DNA of 64,000 bases, from positions 289,291 to 353,290 of the forward strand of contig NW_026867481.1 in NCBI RefSeq assembly GCF_020745735.1. Reading direction: 5' to 3'. The position numbers and the translations under genes are program-made. How positions within the stretch are numbered: position 1 is the first letter of the stretch; the number at the start of each line of letters is the position of its first letter. The stretch comes from Hemiscyllium ocellatum (Eukaryota). The notes under the pieces were generated by a model. The model worked only from the letters and a program-made list of their open reading frames with translations, was not told the DNA's origin and ran no database searches. Shown one piece after another: positions 12,115 to 25,321 of the stretch.

Positions 12115-12547
12115 GGCTCCATGGCACAGAAATACACGGCGCTGTCCGAGAGGAGAACTGGAGAGATGATTAGAGAAACCGTTTCTCTTTGTTTGTACAG
12201 AACAGCAGAAAATTTGTCTTTCAAATCTTCAGATATTTCTGCGTTCCCCGTGGTATACACTTTTGCAACATATCTCAGAACACCCCCAGGATACTGAATG
12301 TACCAGAACACAGTTCGAAAAGAAGATGTCGAGTAACTGCAATTTAATTCTACGTTCTGTCGTTCCAGGACAATTAATTTATGTGGATCTTGGAATACGG
12401 CATCTTCCCCATTGGTCGCTGCAAAAAGGAATAATCTATCAAATGTCTGGAAGGGAATATAACTCTTGAAAGAACTGCTGATCAGTACAACATAGACTCA
12501 CCACACAGTACGACCAATATCGTTAAGAAAGAAAATGGAAGGCACAT
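12115..12547 (-). CDS. Intact germline TCR alpha/delta-type V gene segment (leader exon 12547-12502, intron 12501-12419, V exon 12418-12115)
   Basis: 46-nt leader MCLPFSFLTILVVLC(A), GTGAGT donor, 83-nt intron, TTTTTGCAG acceptor. The V exon is open: TNGEDAVFQDPHKLIVLERQNVELNCSYSTSSFRTVFWYIQYPGGVLRYVAKVYTTGNAEISEDLKDKFSAVLYKQRETVSLIISPVLLSDSAVYFCAMEP, with canonical Cys, Trp and Cys. An RSS is adjacent. Confidence 0.93.
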
Positions 12548-12690
12548 TTTACTTCTTCCACATTTGCAGAACTGTAGCAGCATCTACAAAATATGTTGAG
12601 AACTCCAATCCGATGTGAAATAGTGAACTCAGATCAGGCGCACACTTCACTCCAGAGAGAGAAAAAAATAAGTGTTTCCTACGACACAGG

Positions 12691-12757
12691 ATTGGTTGAA
12701 CGCTCGTGCTGACGAAATTTGAACACCAATCACTGTTGATCGCAGACAAGTGACGTT
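12691..12757 (-). promoter_or_regulatory. Candidate V-gene promoter (CRE half-sites and CCAAT)
   Basis: TGACG at 12710-12714, AGTGACGTT at 12749-12757 and ATTGG at 12691-12695, about 150-210 nt upstream of the leader ATG. CRE-like motifs are typical of TCR V promoters. Confidence 0.35.
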
Positions 12758-14379
12758 TTTTGGTTGTTTCCATATCTCCATATTCTGTCTTTCTCTGTAT
12801 CTACGGATTTGCGGTCTCTTCAATACTCTTCTTCCTCTCTCAGTCGCATAAGCTCTCTACATCACAATTATGTTCTGTGTCTGAACACAAATCTCATTTT
12901 ATCATGTCGCTCAAAGTAGAATGTGTAGAAATTCCAATTCATCCAACTCTCCCAATCCAAACACGAGAAATTGCTTGTTGAATGTAAAAATGCAATTCCA
13001 TCTCTGATTTCAAATGAAAATGGAAGCTTCTGCACCAAAATTCTTAGTATCCAGATAGAGTGTGAGTCAGGATCTTATCTGTATCATAGAGTCATAGATA
13101 TATTTTCTTTTTGCAGCCAATTAAGACCAGAATATCAACGCGGTTTTCCTGATTTCACTTTCTTAAAACAACATGAAATGGCAGACATGGACGAAAGTTT
13201 AAGTTTGTAGGAGGAAAATGAGGTTTCATTTTGAAGTCAATATTATTTCTGCGGTTCTGCCTATCTGGAGTAAATATTATAAATACAGGAATAAAGCATA
13301 ATCATGAGGCTAATTATTTAAGAAAACAATTCTGCAAAACTTCAATTTAGAGATTTTGCAGGCAAGACTATTTCACTCATATTATGAGAAACCGAAGCTC
13401 CAAAGTCGACTTTGTAGCAGGTCCCACTTCGTTAACATCAATGCGGTGTACTAGGCCACAAATCCGTTCGTTCTGGATTAACAATCTGGTTCCGTGATCT
13501 GAATTTTGCTTGGGCAATGTATTATTCTGAATTTAACTAAGCGAATAAACTTCTGAAATTGCTGCTAATATATTGAATGGAGAACTAGATCGGGATAAAT
13601 TCCACTTGATTCAGACTGTTGTGCTGGAAAAGAAATCTGTTGTTCTCTGTAATTTACTTTGCACCTCAACGTCTCAGGTATAAGCATAACTGTAATTGTC
13701 GTCCATTTGCCATTGTATTTATGCAGCGACGAAGATCTGTAATGGAAACATAACACGGCTGAGGGATGCTGTTTGAAATTTCCAAAAAAACCCCACTTTT
13801 CGATAGATGATTCCAATTAACCCTTTGCATAATAAGATTGTTTACTTTGACCCTCCAACTTGCATTAATTAATGTCTTAAACTACAACTCTGATTAAAAA
13901 TAAAAGATTTTGCAGTTGACAGAAGATGGATCTGTCATGTTTTCTGTGTATACGAGGCAATGGTCTGCTCCCGCACCACGTGCCACAATGTTGCACACAA
14001 AAGAAAAGGAGCAGTAAAGCAGAAGAGCTGTACAGACTCTGCACATCTTCACAGAGACAAATGTGGAGAGAAAGAGAAGAACCAGCCACAGAAACATCAC
14101 GGTTTGATGTGGAAGAGAAATGAAGGCTCAAATAACGATAGAAAGAAAAGGCAAAAACGATAAATAGAAGGACACATATACCGCTACAGATTTGTAACAG
14201 GAAACAGTGGGAAATATAAAACGGGAACCAAACAGAAAGGGAAGTGGAGCGAGGGAGAGGGTAAGAGGGTGTGGGAATAATCCTAAATGCAGATATGGAA
14301 GCGTGACACAAAGAAAGACTATAAAAAAGAGTGGAACACTATCTGAAACAGAAATACAGAGATAAAGAAAACCGAAATA

Positions 14380-14780
14380 GAGCAATTGGGAAAGATATAG
14401 ATGGATAAAGAGAGAGAGACAGAGAGAGACAACGGAGAGAGACAGAGAGAGTGTGAGAGAGAGCAGAAGCAGATTTATGAGGGCGTAGAACATTGTGGAT
14501 GGAGAGAGACAGCGAGACATAAATTTATTCATTTTAAGGGAGATAGGGAAGGAAACACGGAGAGAATGACGACAAAATGTATGAAGAAAAATAAAAGAGG
14601 CTCATGGAGAAACAGATAGACACCTGTGAGTTGGAGTAAAATGTAGCATTCAAGGGTAGAGAAATCGAGAAACATAGAGACTGAGAGTGACTGACAGAAA
14701 GTCATTGAGAGAAGCAGACGCATATAGCAATAGGTAGAGGAAGAGAGAGAGAGGTGTAAAGAAAGGAAAAGTTTCAGTGA
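14380..14780. repeat. GA-rich low-complexity / (GA)n region
   Basis: Runs such as agagagagacagagagagac. The ORFs called here are low-complexity artefacts. Confidence 0.8.
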
Positions 14781-15337
14781 GAAAGACAGAAGAAAACTTC
14801 AAAGTGAGAGCAGTTTTAAATCACAATAAAGGAGAGAGTACAACAGCCCAATTTCTCAGCATTGAGGCAAAATAGATGGTTAATACACATGTAGAATTAA
14901 TGCTGCATTAGTGAGCAAGAGAGAGGGAAGCCAAAAAACGACGATGAAGATGTAGTGAAGGTGAAGAGTATTTTGGGAAAAAGACGCAAAAAACAAAATG
15001 AATGCAGAAATCAAACAAATGGTATACATCAGCGGAAAGTTTTTGCTGAATGGTTCATGAACCGAGCACATCACGGAAATTAATGTTTGACATGATAAAC
15101 GCCCGATGCATATTAACATTGCTTTATAGCACAGTGGAGAAATGGACATCAAAGAAGACATTAAAATTGCACCAAAACACACGAAATTACTCGTTGCAGA
15201 ACATGTCGTCCTTAATACACTTCGATATATGTTTGTAAATTAGTGCTCAAAAAAGAATCATTTATTTGAATGTTTCCGGGGAGAAGGTCACTGTGATATA
15301 TCATCATTTAACTAAATATGTCTATGTGCTTTAACAG

Positions 15338-15641
15338 GGCATTGTACGAAGAGACTGGTTTCCACAGACACGAACTGAAACGGTAAACGTAGGCCATGAC
15401 GTTCAATTATTCTGTAATTACACAATTGCAAGCAGCAGCTTGCCTTACCTGTTCGGTTACCTTCAATATTGAAGTGGATCCATTGCGTTTTAGGTACATA
15501 AGAATAGATTTAGAGACAATGCAGAAGAAACTCCACAGATCGTTTCTCAGTGAAACTCACTGAATCGAACCGAACTGTGCTGCTAAAACCTGTGAAAGCA
15601 CATCTGACGGGCTCCACTGTGTATTATTGCACACTGAGACC
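15338..15641 (+). pseudogene. TCR V pseudogene
   Basis: TTAACAG acceptor, then DWFPQTRTETVNVGHDVQLFCNYTIASSSLPYLFGYLQY*SGSIAF*VHKNRFRDNAEET. After a frameshift it reads DRFSVKLTESNRTVLLKPVKAHLTGSTVYYCTLRP. A degenerate heptamer (AACAGAG) is followed 22 nt later by the nonamer ACAAGAACT (15671-15679). Confidence 0.85.
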
Positions 15642-15780
15642 AACAGAGACATAGAATTTGAGTGAACATGACAAGAACTGTTAGACTGCCGAGCAACGTG
15701 CCAGCGAGTGAGCGAGTTGAGGTATTAACAGACAGTTCATCAGTGGCAAGTCACGATTAACCCCATCATTCGTGATTGCT

Positions 15781-15922
15781 TACAGTGTGGAAACAAGCCC
15801 TTCGGCCCAACAAGTCCACACCGACCCGCCGAAGCGCAAGCCACCAATACCCCTACATTTACCCCTTACCGAACACTATGGGCAATTTAGCATGGCCAAT
15901 TCACCTGACCCGCACATCTTTG
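15781..15922 (-). mobile_element. HE1-type elasmobranch SINE, 3' part
   Basis: tacagtgtggaaacaagcccttcggcccaacaagtccacaccgacc...gggcaatttagcatggccaattcacctgacccgcacatctttg is the reverse complement of the common shark SINE body, recognised from memory of the family. Confidence 0.8.
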
Positions 15923-16880
15923 TATATTGAATTCACCTAGAGTTGTCTGCTGCTAAGAAGGAGATTGGTGTTTTACAGCAGTCTGACAAAAGGATGGCCA
16001 AGTTGATTGTGTCTCTTCCCAAGTACCTCCAGACTACAATCTTTCAAGGCATCTTAGTAGGTTTGATAATCAACACAATAATTAATACTCAAGGCATTTT
16101 TCTGGGTGCCTTTAAAAGGTTTTCAATTTTCCTTTCTGATTCTATTCTACCATATTCCATTGCAGGACAAGAAAAAGGCATCCAAAGTTCTATGAGGTCA
16201 TCACATGAGTAGGTTGGCATGTCGCAAGTCAGTAGAGAATGTTAGCTCGTTTCACAGTAGGACTGTGAAGTACTTCATTTACTTTGATCTGGGTATGAAA
16301 GAAATCAAATGGAAAGCATCTCCTCATTTTGCATGTCAGGCACTTGGTTTTCAGTTTGTGGTAAGACATTGTGTACTGGATGCGAGGTTGAGACTTCATC
16401 AGGTGACACTGCTGGATGTGGGAAAATGCAGCCTATATTGGATGCTGGGATGAACTGTTCAGAAAGTGTTTTCGCACATCATAATTTGATGGAATGTTTT
16501 AGCAGTCGATATTTTGTTGGATGTAAGAGGACATTTATTTGCTAAGTTGGGGATTCTGTATTGTTGTACTCGGATGGTGGAAAGACACATATGCTTTTGT
16601 TGTGAGTTGCTGGATGCTAGATTCAGACATATTGTGTTGTGGAATGGTCATTGAGATACTCTCTGCTGTTTGCCTGATAATTTGGGACCTAGTCTGCGGG
16701 AAAACATCTTGTGCTTAGTGCAGTTCGAAACATTGTGCACTTGGCGCCATTGTGTGTGTTGATGTAGGTTAGAGTGTGTTGCTTGAGTCAAACACTGCAC
16801 CTATCGTTTTTTGATGGTACTCTTTGCTCAAATGTGCCTGAGGACATCCTGAGTTTGTGGGTTCGTACCATGGATTCAGA

Positions 16881-16988
16881 GTACTCGGCAGGACAGCAAG
16901 AGAGAGAGCTCGGCAGCTTCGACAGCGCAAAGAATATCATAAAGTTTCTTTGTCCTCGTAGCATATTTATTGAGTCGAACAGAAGGCC
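16881..16988 (+). repeat. Left arm of a local inverted repeat (partner 17473-17581)
   Basis: gtactcggcagga...gagagctcggcagcttcgaca...atcat-aagtt-ctttgtcc...tagcat...aacag-aggcc matches the reverse complement of 17473-17581, roughly 75% by eye. Confidence 0.85.
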
Positions 16989-17132
16989 GTTGACATTCAT
17001 GATCCAATTTTATGGGTTATCATGAGTGATTTGGGATCCACCTTAGTTATTTCTTTTTTTTTCATTGACAGAGATACATGGTCAGAAGAATGTTCTTGTG
17101 TTGCACAAAGTTCAGTGACGCTGCACAGAGTT

Positions 17133-17350
17133 GGGTTTCTTAGAGACAGAGGACAATGTCGAGTCACGCTGAAACTCCCAATGTACAATTTGTAGAAGAT
17201 GAAATAATCAGAACTTAGCCTATGATCCAGAAGATAACCTCTGTGGCACACACTGTGAACTCTCGGTGAATACAGAACAACTTCGTGACTCCCACTTTGA
17301 AGTATTTGTAAATTCATACCCAATCTGTGACTTTGGAGGCTCTTTAAATG
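17133..17350 (-). pseudogene. Degenerate TCR V pseudogene
   Basis: The 3' end reads FYKLYIGSF..., then gac tcg aca ttg tcc t-c tgt -ct cta aga aac, resembling DSTL(Y)(F)C(A)LRN. The following spacer (tgcagcgtcactg) resembles the RSS spacer of the intact V (ctgcagacatcactg). Confidence 0.5.
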
Positions 17351-17472
17351 CATACAACTCTGTGATATAATTTTCGAGTCAATGTAACGTAAATTTTATT
17401 CTGATTGCAAATTTGTCGTCCCTTTAAATAAAGACCTTTCTGAGACTCACTGAGTGGAATTTCGATACGTAT

Positions 17473-17581
17473 GGCCTCCTGTTTAACTGAGCTAGCATGC
17501 TATGCGGACAAAGCAACTTCATGATGCCCCTTGTGATGTCGAAGCTGCCGAGCTCTCTTTTCCACTATCCTGCCGAGTACA
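17473..17581 (-). repeat. Right arm of a local inverted repeat (partner 16881-16988)
   Basis: Reverse complement of 16881-16988, as described for the left arm. Confidence 0.85.
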
Positions 17582-17857
17582 TTCATTTTCAACTCCTAAA
17601 CTAGACCTGTTTTGAGACACACTCATCTATTTTCCTGCAACCTTGCAAATCAAATTATTTTCATAGAACTGAAACACATGTTTTGTTTTGTTGAAGAAGA
17701 TAAACTGAACATGTTTGTTTAGTGACTGTAATTAATGTAAGTCTCGGTGGGTTGTAATTATGTCACTGGAGTGTTTCTCCCTTTTATTAATAAGAACCTG
17801 TTTTGAAGGATCACCTCTAACACAAGCGATATCATTTCGAACACAGAAAGGGAAGCA

Positions 17858-20800
17858 ATGGTGCAGAGTCGTCTATCTGAATGGCAAATTCGGAGGTTCA
17901 TTTATAAATTTCAAGAGTTTTACTATCCTGTTCTTGCTGCTGTGGGCGTTCCTGGTAAGTGTTTGCTCAGGTTTTGTTTACGACTCCTTCGAAGTATTTG
18001 CACGTGGAAGGCTAGGCTAGCATTTATTGCCTACTATTTATTCCTTCAGGAACGCTGATAATAAGTCATTTTCTAGATGTCTGGCAATCCATATATTTTA
18101 GCAACACTTGATATGTTGCTAGGAATGGACATCTAGGGTTTTGATAAAGAGATCATAAAGCGAAATACTTCAAAGTCAGTCGCATTTTAGGGGACCTTGC
18201 AGTTGGCGGCAGTCGCATGCAACTATGACTTTTACCCTTCAAAATGGTGAAGGCACCGGGCGTTAAACACCCTGATGAAAGTTCCTTTCATGTTCCTTTC
18301 GTGGATCTATTGTTATTGCACAGTGCTGCCAATGTGCATTTCTGATGATGGGTGTGAATGGTGAATTTGGTAAATAGGGTTAATCAAGTGATGCATTTTT
18401 CTGCTGTTCTTGTAGGAGCACTCATCCAAGAAAGTGGGGTGTATTCCATCATATGCTTGAATGTTGACATTGGATCATTGCCAAACATGGGAGACACAGA
18501 GGGCGAGACCCATGCTGTTGACATCTCAGTTTCAGATCTGCTGTCATTGACACATTATTTCTACGACTGATCAAATTGCAATCTTTGGCAAGTGCAGCCC
18601 CAAGGGAAATAACGTCTGAATTAGGAGTGGGAAAATGCAGTTTGTCCTCTCGAATTTGCTCAGTAAATTCATAATTTCATGGCTGGTCTGATTACATTAT
18701 AACATATAAGATGTTGTTCACTCGACAAGCTTTCACCTCTTTCCTATCAAGAATCTTGTGCCTTAAAACATACAAAGATTTTGCTTCAACCAAACTTTGA
18801 GAGAGATAATACCAAAGTCTAACGAGTCTCTGTGACACAAAGCAATCTCATATTCGCTATCTGGTATTGAATTTGATTTTGTATGGCTTTGCCACTGACG
18901 GTAATGTTAGTGAATATCAAGGGAACACTGGTCGCTTCTCCCTTGCTGGAAATCACATTGTCTAGAATGTCTGGGACGTAAATGTCGCTTGCCAATTGTT
19001 AGCCCAAACTTTTAATAATTAAATGTTCTCTTATGGCCTTCATGAATCTAAGTTAACTAATCCATTTATTGATACTGTTAAATTAATACATGCTACTGAA
19101 TGTGGGTTTGACACCATTATTTGGTTCAATGCTTGTCCGATTTCTTATGAAAGCTCTGACTTTACTGAAAGCCATTTTCCCCTTTGATAATGTTTCGGAG
19201 CAATTAACTTTTACTAGAAATCAATAGACTCTTCAGCCTTCAATTAAATTTACAAATCGTACATCAGATTCAGCAGGAGAAAAATATTTATATCACAAAT
19301 CACATATATCACATAATTTTTGAAGTATAGCACGGACACGTTGTTGAAGTGAGACAGTTTGGCATAGTGATGAAAGTAGAAATAGTTGTCATGGCACTGA
19401 GGGAAGGAGATTTTTTAAAAAAGTGCTTCGTGATTTTGCTTCCAATAAGAATAGTATTATGATTAATTGAAAAAGTGAAAAGTTATCATTCACTTCTGAT
19501 TCTGATGTATCTTAGATTATTTTCACGTTAGATTGTGAGCAATTGCTAATGTTTCCTTTCGTGCAGTATCCTGCTTCCTTGGGCCTACCTGGTGTTCGTA
19601 AAATGTACCTGAAGCAAATTTAGCTATGACCACACACCCTCAATTACATTTTTCTCCTAATCATCAGTCTTTTTGACCGACGTTCACAAAGACCAGTGTC
19701 ACTTTAGCCACTTGTTACACAAAAAATGTCAACCTCCGTAATTGAAGTCATGTCACTACATCGTTCTTACGTCTGCAATAAATCATTCTCAGGTATTGAC
19801 ACTTCTAATTTGCAAAGTAACTAGCAAATCGTATTTTCTCAAAATTACAAAGTAGCAAACAAAAGATCAGAAGAATTATTCTCTTGCAAACAGCAGGAGC
19901 AAGCAAATGAACGAAGGTTTGGTTCATTTGGTTCATGCTTGGTTCACCAGTCTCTGACATATTCTGAAATCTCACCTGACTGTGATTTTGCCCTCACTAA
20001 CATCATCACCACATTTCGACATCATATGTGAATGCGATAGTGAATTCTAAAACTGCTGAAATACATGTGGCCCAATGGAGAGGAACTACCAAATGCCAGC
20101 AGAAGATTTTATAGCAGCAACAATATTGTGTACTTTTCGCGGTTCCAGTGCCTTATTTTGTGCCATGCATTCCAACCAGAAGTCCCTTTTTTTCATTTGC
20201 CTTAGAAGGCATTTGGTATATTTCAGTATTTGGTTTGGCCTCTTGAAGTGCGAACTACATTGCTGGTGGAGACACTGGAGTCACATGCCAGCTAGGCCAG
20301 GACATGAGTGCAATTGATAGGATCTTTTGACAATTGTTTCATTGTCACATTTGGATGAAAATTTGATTCCAGATTTATGAATTGCGTTAGATTTATGTGT
20401 TCTGCCATGGAGACATACGAACCTCAGTTCCCACGCAGTATCCTGGATTCATGGCTTTCCAGTCCAGGAAGAACACGATAAAGGAATCGTGTAATTAATA
20501 AATGTTTGCTTGAGCTCTGATCTCCCCACACTACAAACTCTCTCACGTACTCTAATGGGCACATTTTACGATGTTTTCCGGCTAAAAACGCATGCACAAA
20601 TGCACACACACACACACACACACACACACTCGCACTCACGCACGCACGCACGCACACTCACAGTCTAATGATCCTGAACATAAATCTGGCTTGATTCACT
20701 GGCAACAAACCCAAGTCACTGTCCAACATTGCGAAAATAAGCTGATTTTCGAGCAATAACCTGCAGACTTTGGGGAATGATTAAGTTGATTTGCCCAATA

Positions 20801-22473
20801 AGCCGCTATTATTGGACAATGTTCAACCGCAGGAATCTTGCTTGCTTCTGCCATTCCAAGTCATGCTCAATGGCTAGATATTAGAAATGGAATTAACATC
20901 AATATCACATAATAAACAAGAGTCTCTGAGAAATTATCAGGGGAAACAAAAATAATCACGTCACATTATTTTCCCTCCTTAACCCAGAAGTGATGAATAA
21001 TGATGTGAAGCAGGATTTGGATTGGTTTCTCACAATAATTCAGTGTCACGCATTGCATAACAAATCTTCTTGATTCTCTGGTAATCAATGTGTAATGATC
21101 AGTGGTGTGAACTTTTAGGATGTCAGATTATAGCCAAGCAACATGTTCTGAACGGTTTCACTGAGTTCATTGCAACTTTTATGCTGAGGTTCCACGCGTT
21201 TGTTGCAGAGAGTTTCTAAAAGTCTTCCCTCTCCTTTACTTACTACTGGAGGCTATAGGCAGATTACGCATTTTACGTGATTACCTAAAGTGTTATTTCT
21301 CCTGTTCGAGATTGTGCTGATAACGCTTTGCATAATATGCTAGATTTTGTTAAAAGATGAATTATTTTACTAGAAAAACGTGCCGTGAAACGTGTAGGCA
21401 TATTAACCCTTTACTGTTCCCATTAATTTAGAACAAATCTTACCAAATACTCGATGAAAATGGTAAGAGTGCTTCCAAGTTGATTTATAACTTGTTTTTC
21501 TTTACTTTTCTTTGCAGTTAACACCCTGACAATTTTGATATTGTTTCGTGGAAAGTGCGGCCTCTCCAAATGTGTCACCCAATACCTTTTAGCGATGGCT
21601 GCAGCAGATCTACTGGTCGTAGTTCTTGATCTAATATTGAGGCATATTCCTATTGCTTACGCATCACAGTTTACTTTCCTGTATTCCATCCGCGTGTGCA
21701 ATATCCATGCTTTCCTGGTTTACGTAGTCACTGATTGTTCCGTCTGGTTCACTATCACTTTCACGTTTGATAGATTTGTGGCAATTTGTTGCCAGAAGCT
21801 GAAATGTAAACACTGTACCAAGAAGACAGCGCTTGTTGTTCTAGGGACAGTGACTGTATTGAGCTGCATCAAAAATATTTTCTGGTTTTTTGTGCTGATG
21901 GACGAATACTGGCTTGAGAACATCCCCTGGTTTTGTGGTGGAACAATGGAAGTTCTTGAATCTCTTATTTGGGCTTTAGTAGAGTTCGTTCATCACATTC
22001 TAACACCTGCAATTCCATTTTCCCTCATTCTCCTGTTTAATTCTTTAACCATCAGGCATATTTTGGTGACAAGCAAAGCCAGGAGGAGACTGCGTTGTCA
22101 GAGCGGTGAGAACAATGCAAATGACCCAGAGATGGAGATGCGAAGAAAATCGATAGTTTTACTATTTTTTATCTCAGGGAATTTCATCCTGTTATGGACA
22201 ACTTTCATGTTGTATTTTATTTGGTACCGAATGTATTGGTTGGGTTATGAGGCTATATGGTTACCATCCTCCGTGCGGGAAATGGGATTTATGCTCCAGA
22301 TGCTGAGTTGTTGTACAAATACTTGTATTTATGTTGTAACTCAGGCTAAATTCAGAGAGCAGTTCAAGACTATGCTGCTTTGCCCATTTAGACAAATTAA
22401 ATTATTTATTCAATTTTGTCAATTAAGTATCCACTTTAACAGCAGCTTTCAAAGCTTTCCAAATTACGTTTAA
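17858..22473 (+). CDS. Two-exon class-A orphan GPCR, GPR139/142-like chondrichthyan family; join(17858..17954,21518..22473), 350 aa
   Basis: Exon 1 encodes MVQSRLSEWQIRRFIYKFQEFYYPVLAAVGVP plus G, followed by a GTAAGT donor (phase 1). The exon 2 acceptor TTTTCTTTGCAG gives in-frame VNTLTILILFRGKCGLSKCVTQYLLAMAAADLLVV...FTFDRFVAICC...LTPAIPFSLILLFN...DPEMEMRRKSIVLLFFISGNFILLW...LSCCTNTCIYVVTQAKFR. Seven hydrophobic segments, no stops. Confidence 0.9.
20603..20660. repeat. (CA)n / (CACG)n microsatellite
   Basis: gcacacacacacacacacacacacacactcgcactcacgcacgcacgcacgcacac. Confidence 0.95.
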
Positions 22474-22949
22474 TCCACGTTTCCCTTCGGGTTATTTAAA
22501 TATTAATGGGAAAGTTGACTGCAATATTGTAATAATGAGAATTTGGATTGCCAGCGGGTGACAGATAACAATGAAACAGCTACACAAAGTATTTAGCTAC
22601 AATAATAATAACAACAATTAAAATAATAATACTGGTCACCTGCGATGTTGATTCGAGCAGATATTCTCGTAAGACTCAGGAATAGCAACGTTGGTCATCA
22701 TGACAGTTTTAACATCAGTGAAAGCAGTTGATTCTTGTTTCCAATTGTGTCGTACGAATTGTGGTAGAAATCGATCTTAAGACGAGATCCAAATGAATGC
22801 CAATGATCACCTGATTTGTTTGTGAGATTCTCAAAGGTAATAGGGCACCTTTTTAACATCTCCACTGTAAAGCGACATAGAAATTGATAGGGAAAAGAAT
22901 GAATTTTCGAGATCACAGCGGGTCAGACAGCATCTACTGAGAGAGAGCA

Positions 22950-24620
22950 AGATGAGAGTTCGAATCTAGATGACTCTTCATCAGAGCTGAAATGAAGTGT
23001 GCAGGTGGCAAGATCTATGTTAATCTGGGAAAGCAGGGGTATGGGTTTTCGAGTGCCTGGGACAAAGGATGTTGGAAGTTCTGATGAAGTGATTACAATT
23101 TGATAATGACCGTAGAATTGCCTATCCAACTGTTAGACATGAAACGGAAAACTGCACCTCTGGAGGGGGTGATGACAGAGAATTTAACAAATAAAGCTAA
23201 ACGAAAAGGGTTTGGTTCACATTGTGAATGTGTTGAAGTCAATACGAAATCCAGAAACCCAGCTGTCTTAATAAAGACTTCTACTGTCTTATGGATACCC
23301 TTCCCCAAAGGATCTCGCACCGCAATGTTAGTAAATAATCCTGTCTAGCTACACAATACACAGTGTAAGATGACTTGCAGACTAGTTCGTTCCTTCGTAA
23401 ACATACACATTCATCGCCAATTTCCTGTTTGATGCAGTTCCCAACATCACAACTCTTATTTGGTGGTCTGCACAAAACGTAGTTTCACTTTGTTGTTCCA
23501 CGTCTCTACCATTCATCCTCCACATTGTTCAGGCTAATGTCCTGTTTTACTATTGTGTTAATCGAATCCTTAAGCAGCAGCTCTATCTTAGCTTCCATTC
23601 CTCTCTATCTGTCTTTTCTTTAAAAAATGTATAACTCTTGATGTTGAGTTCACATCCTTCGTCAACCTGGAGACAAGTTTCTGTGTTCCCAATGACATCT
23701 TATGCATCATGACGTAGTTAGACGCCTAGATTATCCACCTTATTAAAATATTACTCGCATTGAGATACAGAATTTGCAGGTCATTTTGCTTTGATGCATA
23801 TTGCCACTTTCGAAACATTCCGAAATTTTGCCCTGTTTTGTTTTGTCTTTGGTTTATCTGCCTTCCATTTTCAGTTTTCACCTTGCAGTCGTTGTCTCTG
23901 TCCCCAATTTAGACCTACGGAATTATGCATGAGTTCTCATTTTCCTGACAAATTATGTTACATCCTTCCCAATAGCAATAGCAAACACTCGCGCATGATA
24001 TTGTTTCTAGAGGCAGACCGTCTGGTTTATATTATTCCCACCTCACCCCAAACCGGATCCAATGTCTCACAAACTTTAATCCATCTCACTTACACCGGCC
24101 TCCAAGCCAAGTTTTAGCCATCATGTCTGGCTGGAACATGACACTGGTAGCAATCTCGAGATTACTGCATTTGATGTTCCACATTATGTTTTTACGGCTA
24201 CCTTCCTAAATTCAGCTTATCAGACCACACCTAGATATTTAGCTGTGTGCCTGCGACAAAACATAACATGAAAGTTGGCTGTTCGCCCTCCCCAACACCA
24301 CTGCCTCCCACCGAACCCCAAACGCCCTCAGAATATCCTGTCGCCACTCAGAAATATTCCGAGCCCTGCACCAATGAGACAGCATAGCATCCACAACTCT
24401 CTTTTATGGAACGTCCACTTATTCCCCTGAAAATGCATCCCCTATCACTGTCGCTCTCCCACCGTTTATCCTCCCTCCTGTGCAGCAGAGCCATTCGTCC
24501 TGCTATGGCCCTGACTGCTGTCACTTCTCATTGGTAACATATATCTCTCAACAGTTCCCAAAACGGTATACTTGTTTTGGAGGGAGATGAATGCAGAGGG
24601 CCTCTGCACTGCCTTCGTGC
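22950..24620 (-). mobile_element. Degenerate CR1 LINE (ORF1 3' half and ORF2 endonuclease start)
   Basis: Minus-strand pieces: PSAFISLQNKYTVLGTVE and GSAAQEGG (ORF1), WGRWE*YKPDGL (ORF1 end), LYLNASNIFNKVDNL...TET and CRPPNKSCDVGNCIKQEI (AP endonuclease). Confidence 0.75.
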
Positions 24621-25321
24621 GCTTCCTCTGTCTGTTATTACAGACGAGGCCAAACCCTTCAAAATATTTTAAGAATGTACCTGGAACATCACCTATTTTT
24701 AATTTTAAAGGCAGATGTAAGTGGTTATTCCAGGTATGATGCAACTGATCGAACCTTTTGGATTGAAGAAAATTTGAATTTATTTAAACACTATAGTTGG
24801 AGAGCAAACAAAGGAAAATAGAATTTAGAATAACTTAATTAATGGAATCTTAACTGACCCCACACAGCAACTTAACTAATAACTGCTCCAATTCCCGTAG
24901 CATTCTCAAAATGCACGCTTGGAAAAAGCTAATTTCAAACACAGGTTTTTACAGGCAGGCAAGAGAGGTTTCAGAGAGAAAAGTCAGTTAGGGACCATCT
25001 GCTGAAGGACAGAACCTTTTTCCAATGCCACAACCTCTGCTGCTACAGCAAAACCCAGCGATGTTTCTCCATTACAAATAAACTGAACTTGAAGTAACTT
25101 GAACTGGGAGAAGTGGCCACTCTGCTGCCAATGGTAAATTCGGGTCTTGCATGACACTTCTGTACCTCTGACCTCCCTTAAAGAAATCTCTGGAGAAATT
25201 AACCTTGCTGAAGAGAGAACATCGTCTCACTGTTGGTTACGCTTCCTCAGTAATTTTTATCTGTGGTGAGGCCAACTTACTGAACGTGCTGTCCGCTGCT
25301 CCTTCCACCCAGCTGATAAAC

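Noticed and set aside
13600-14100. Signal-peptide-like MFLWLVLLFLSTF followed by GAGAD...SVNCK (minus strand)
   Set aside because: There is no phase-1 GT donor, the hydrophobic stretch borders the GA-rich region, and downstream V motifs are absent.
14128-14723. Several ORFs of 60-140 aa
   Set aside because: They are translations of GA/CT low-complexity sequence.
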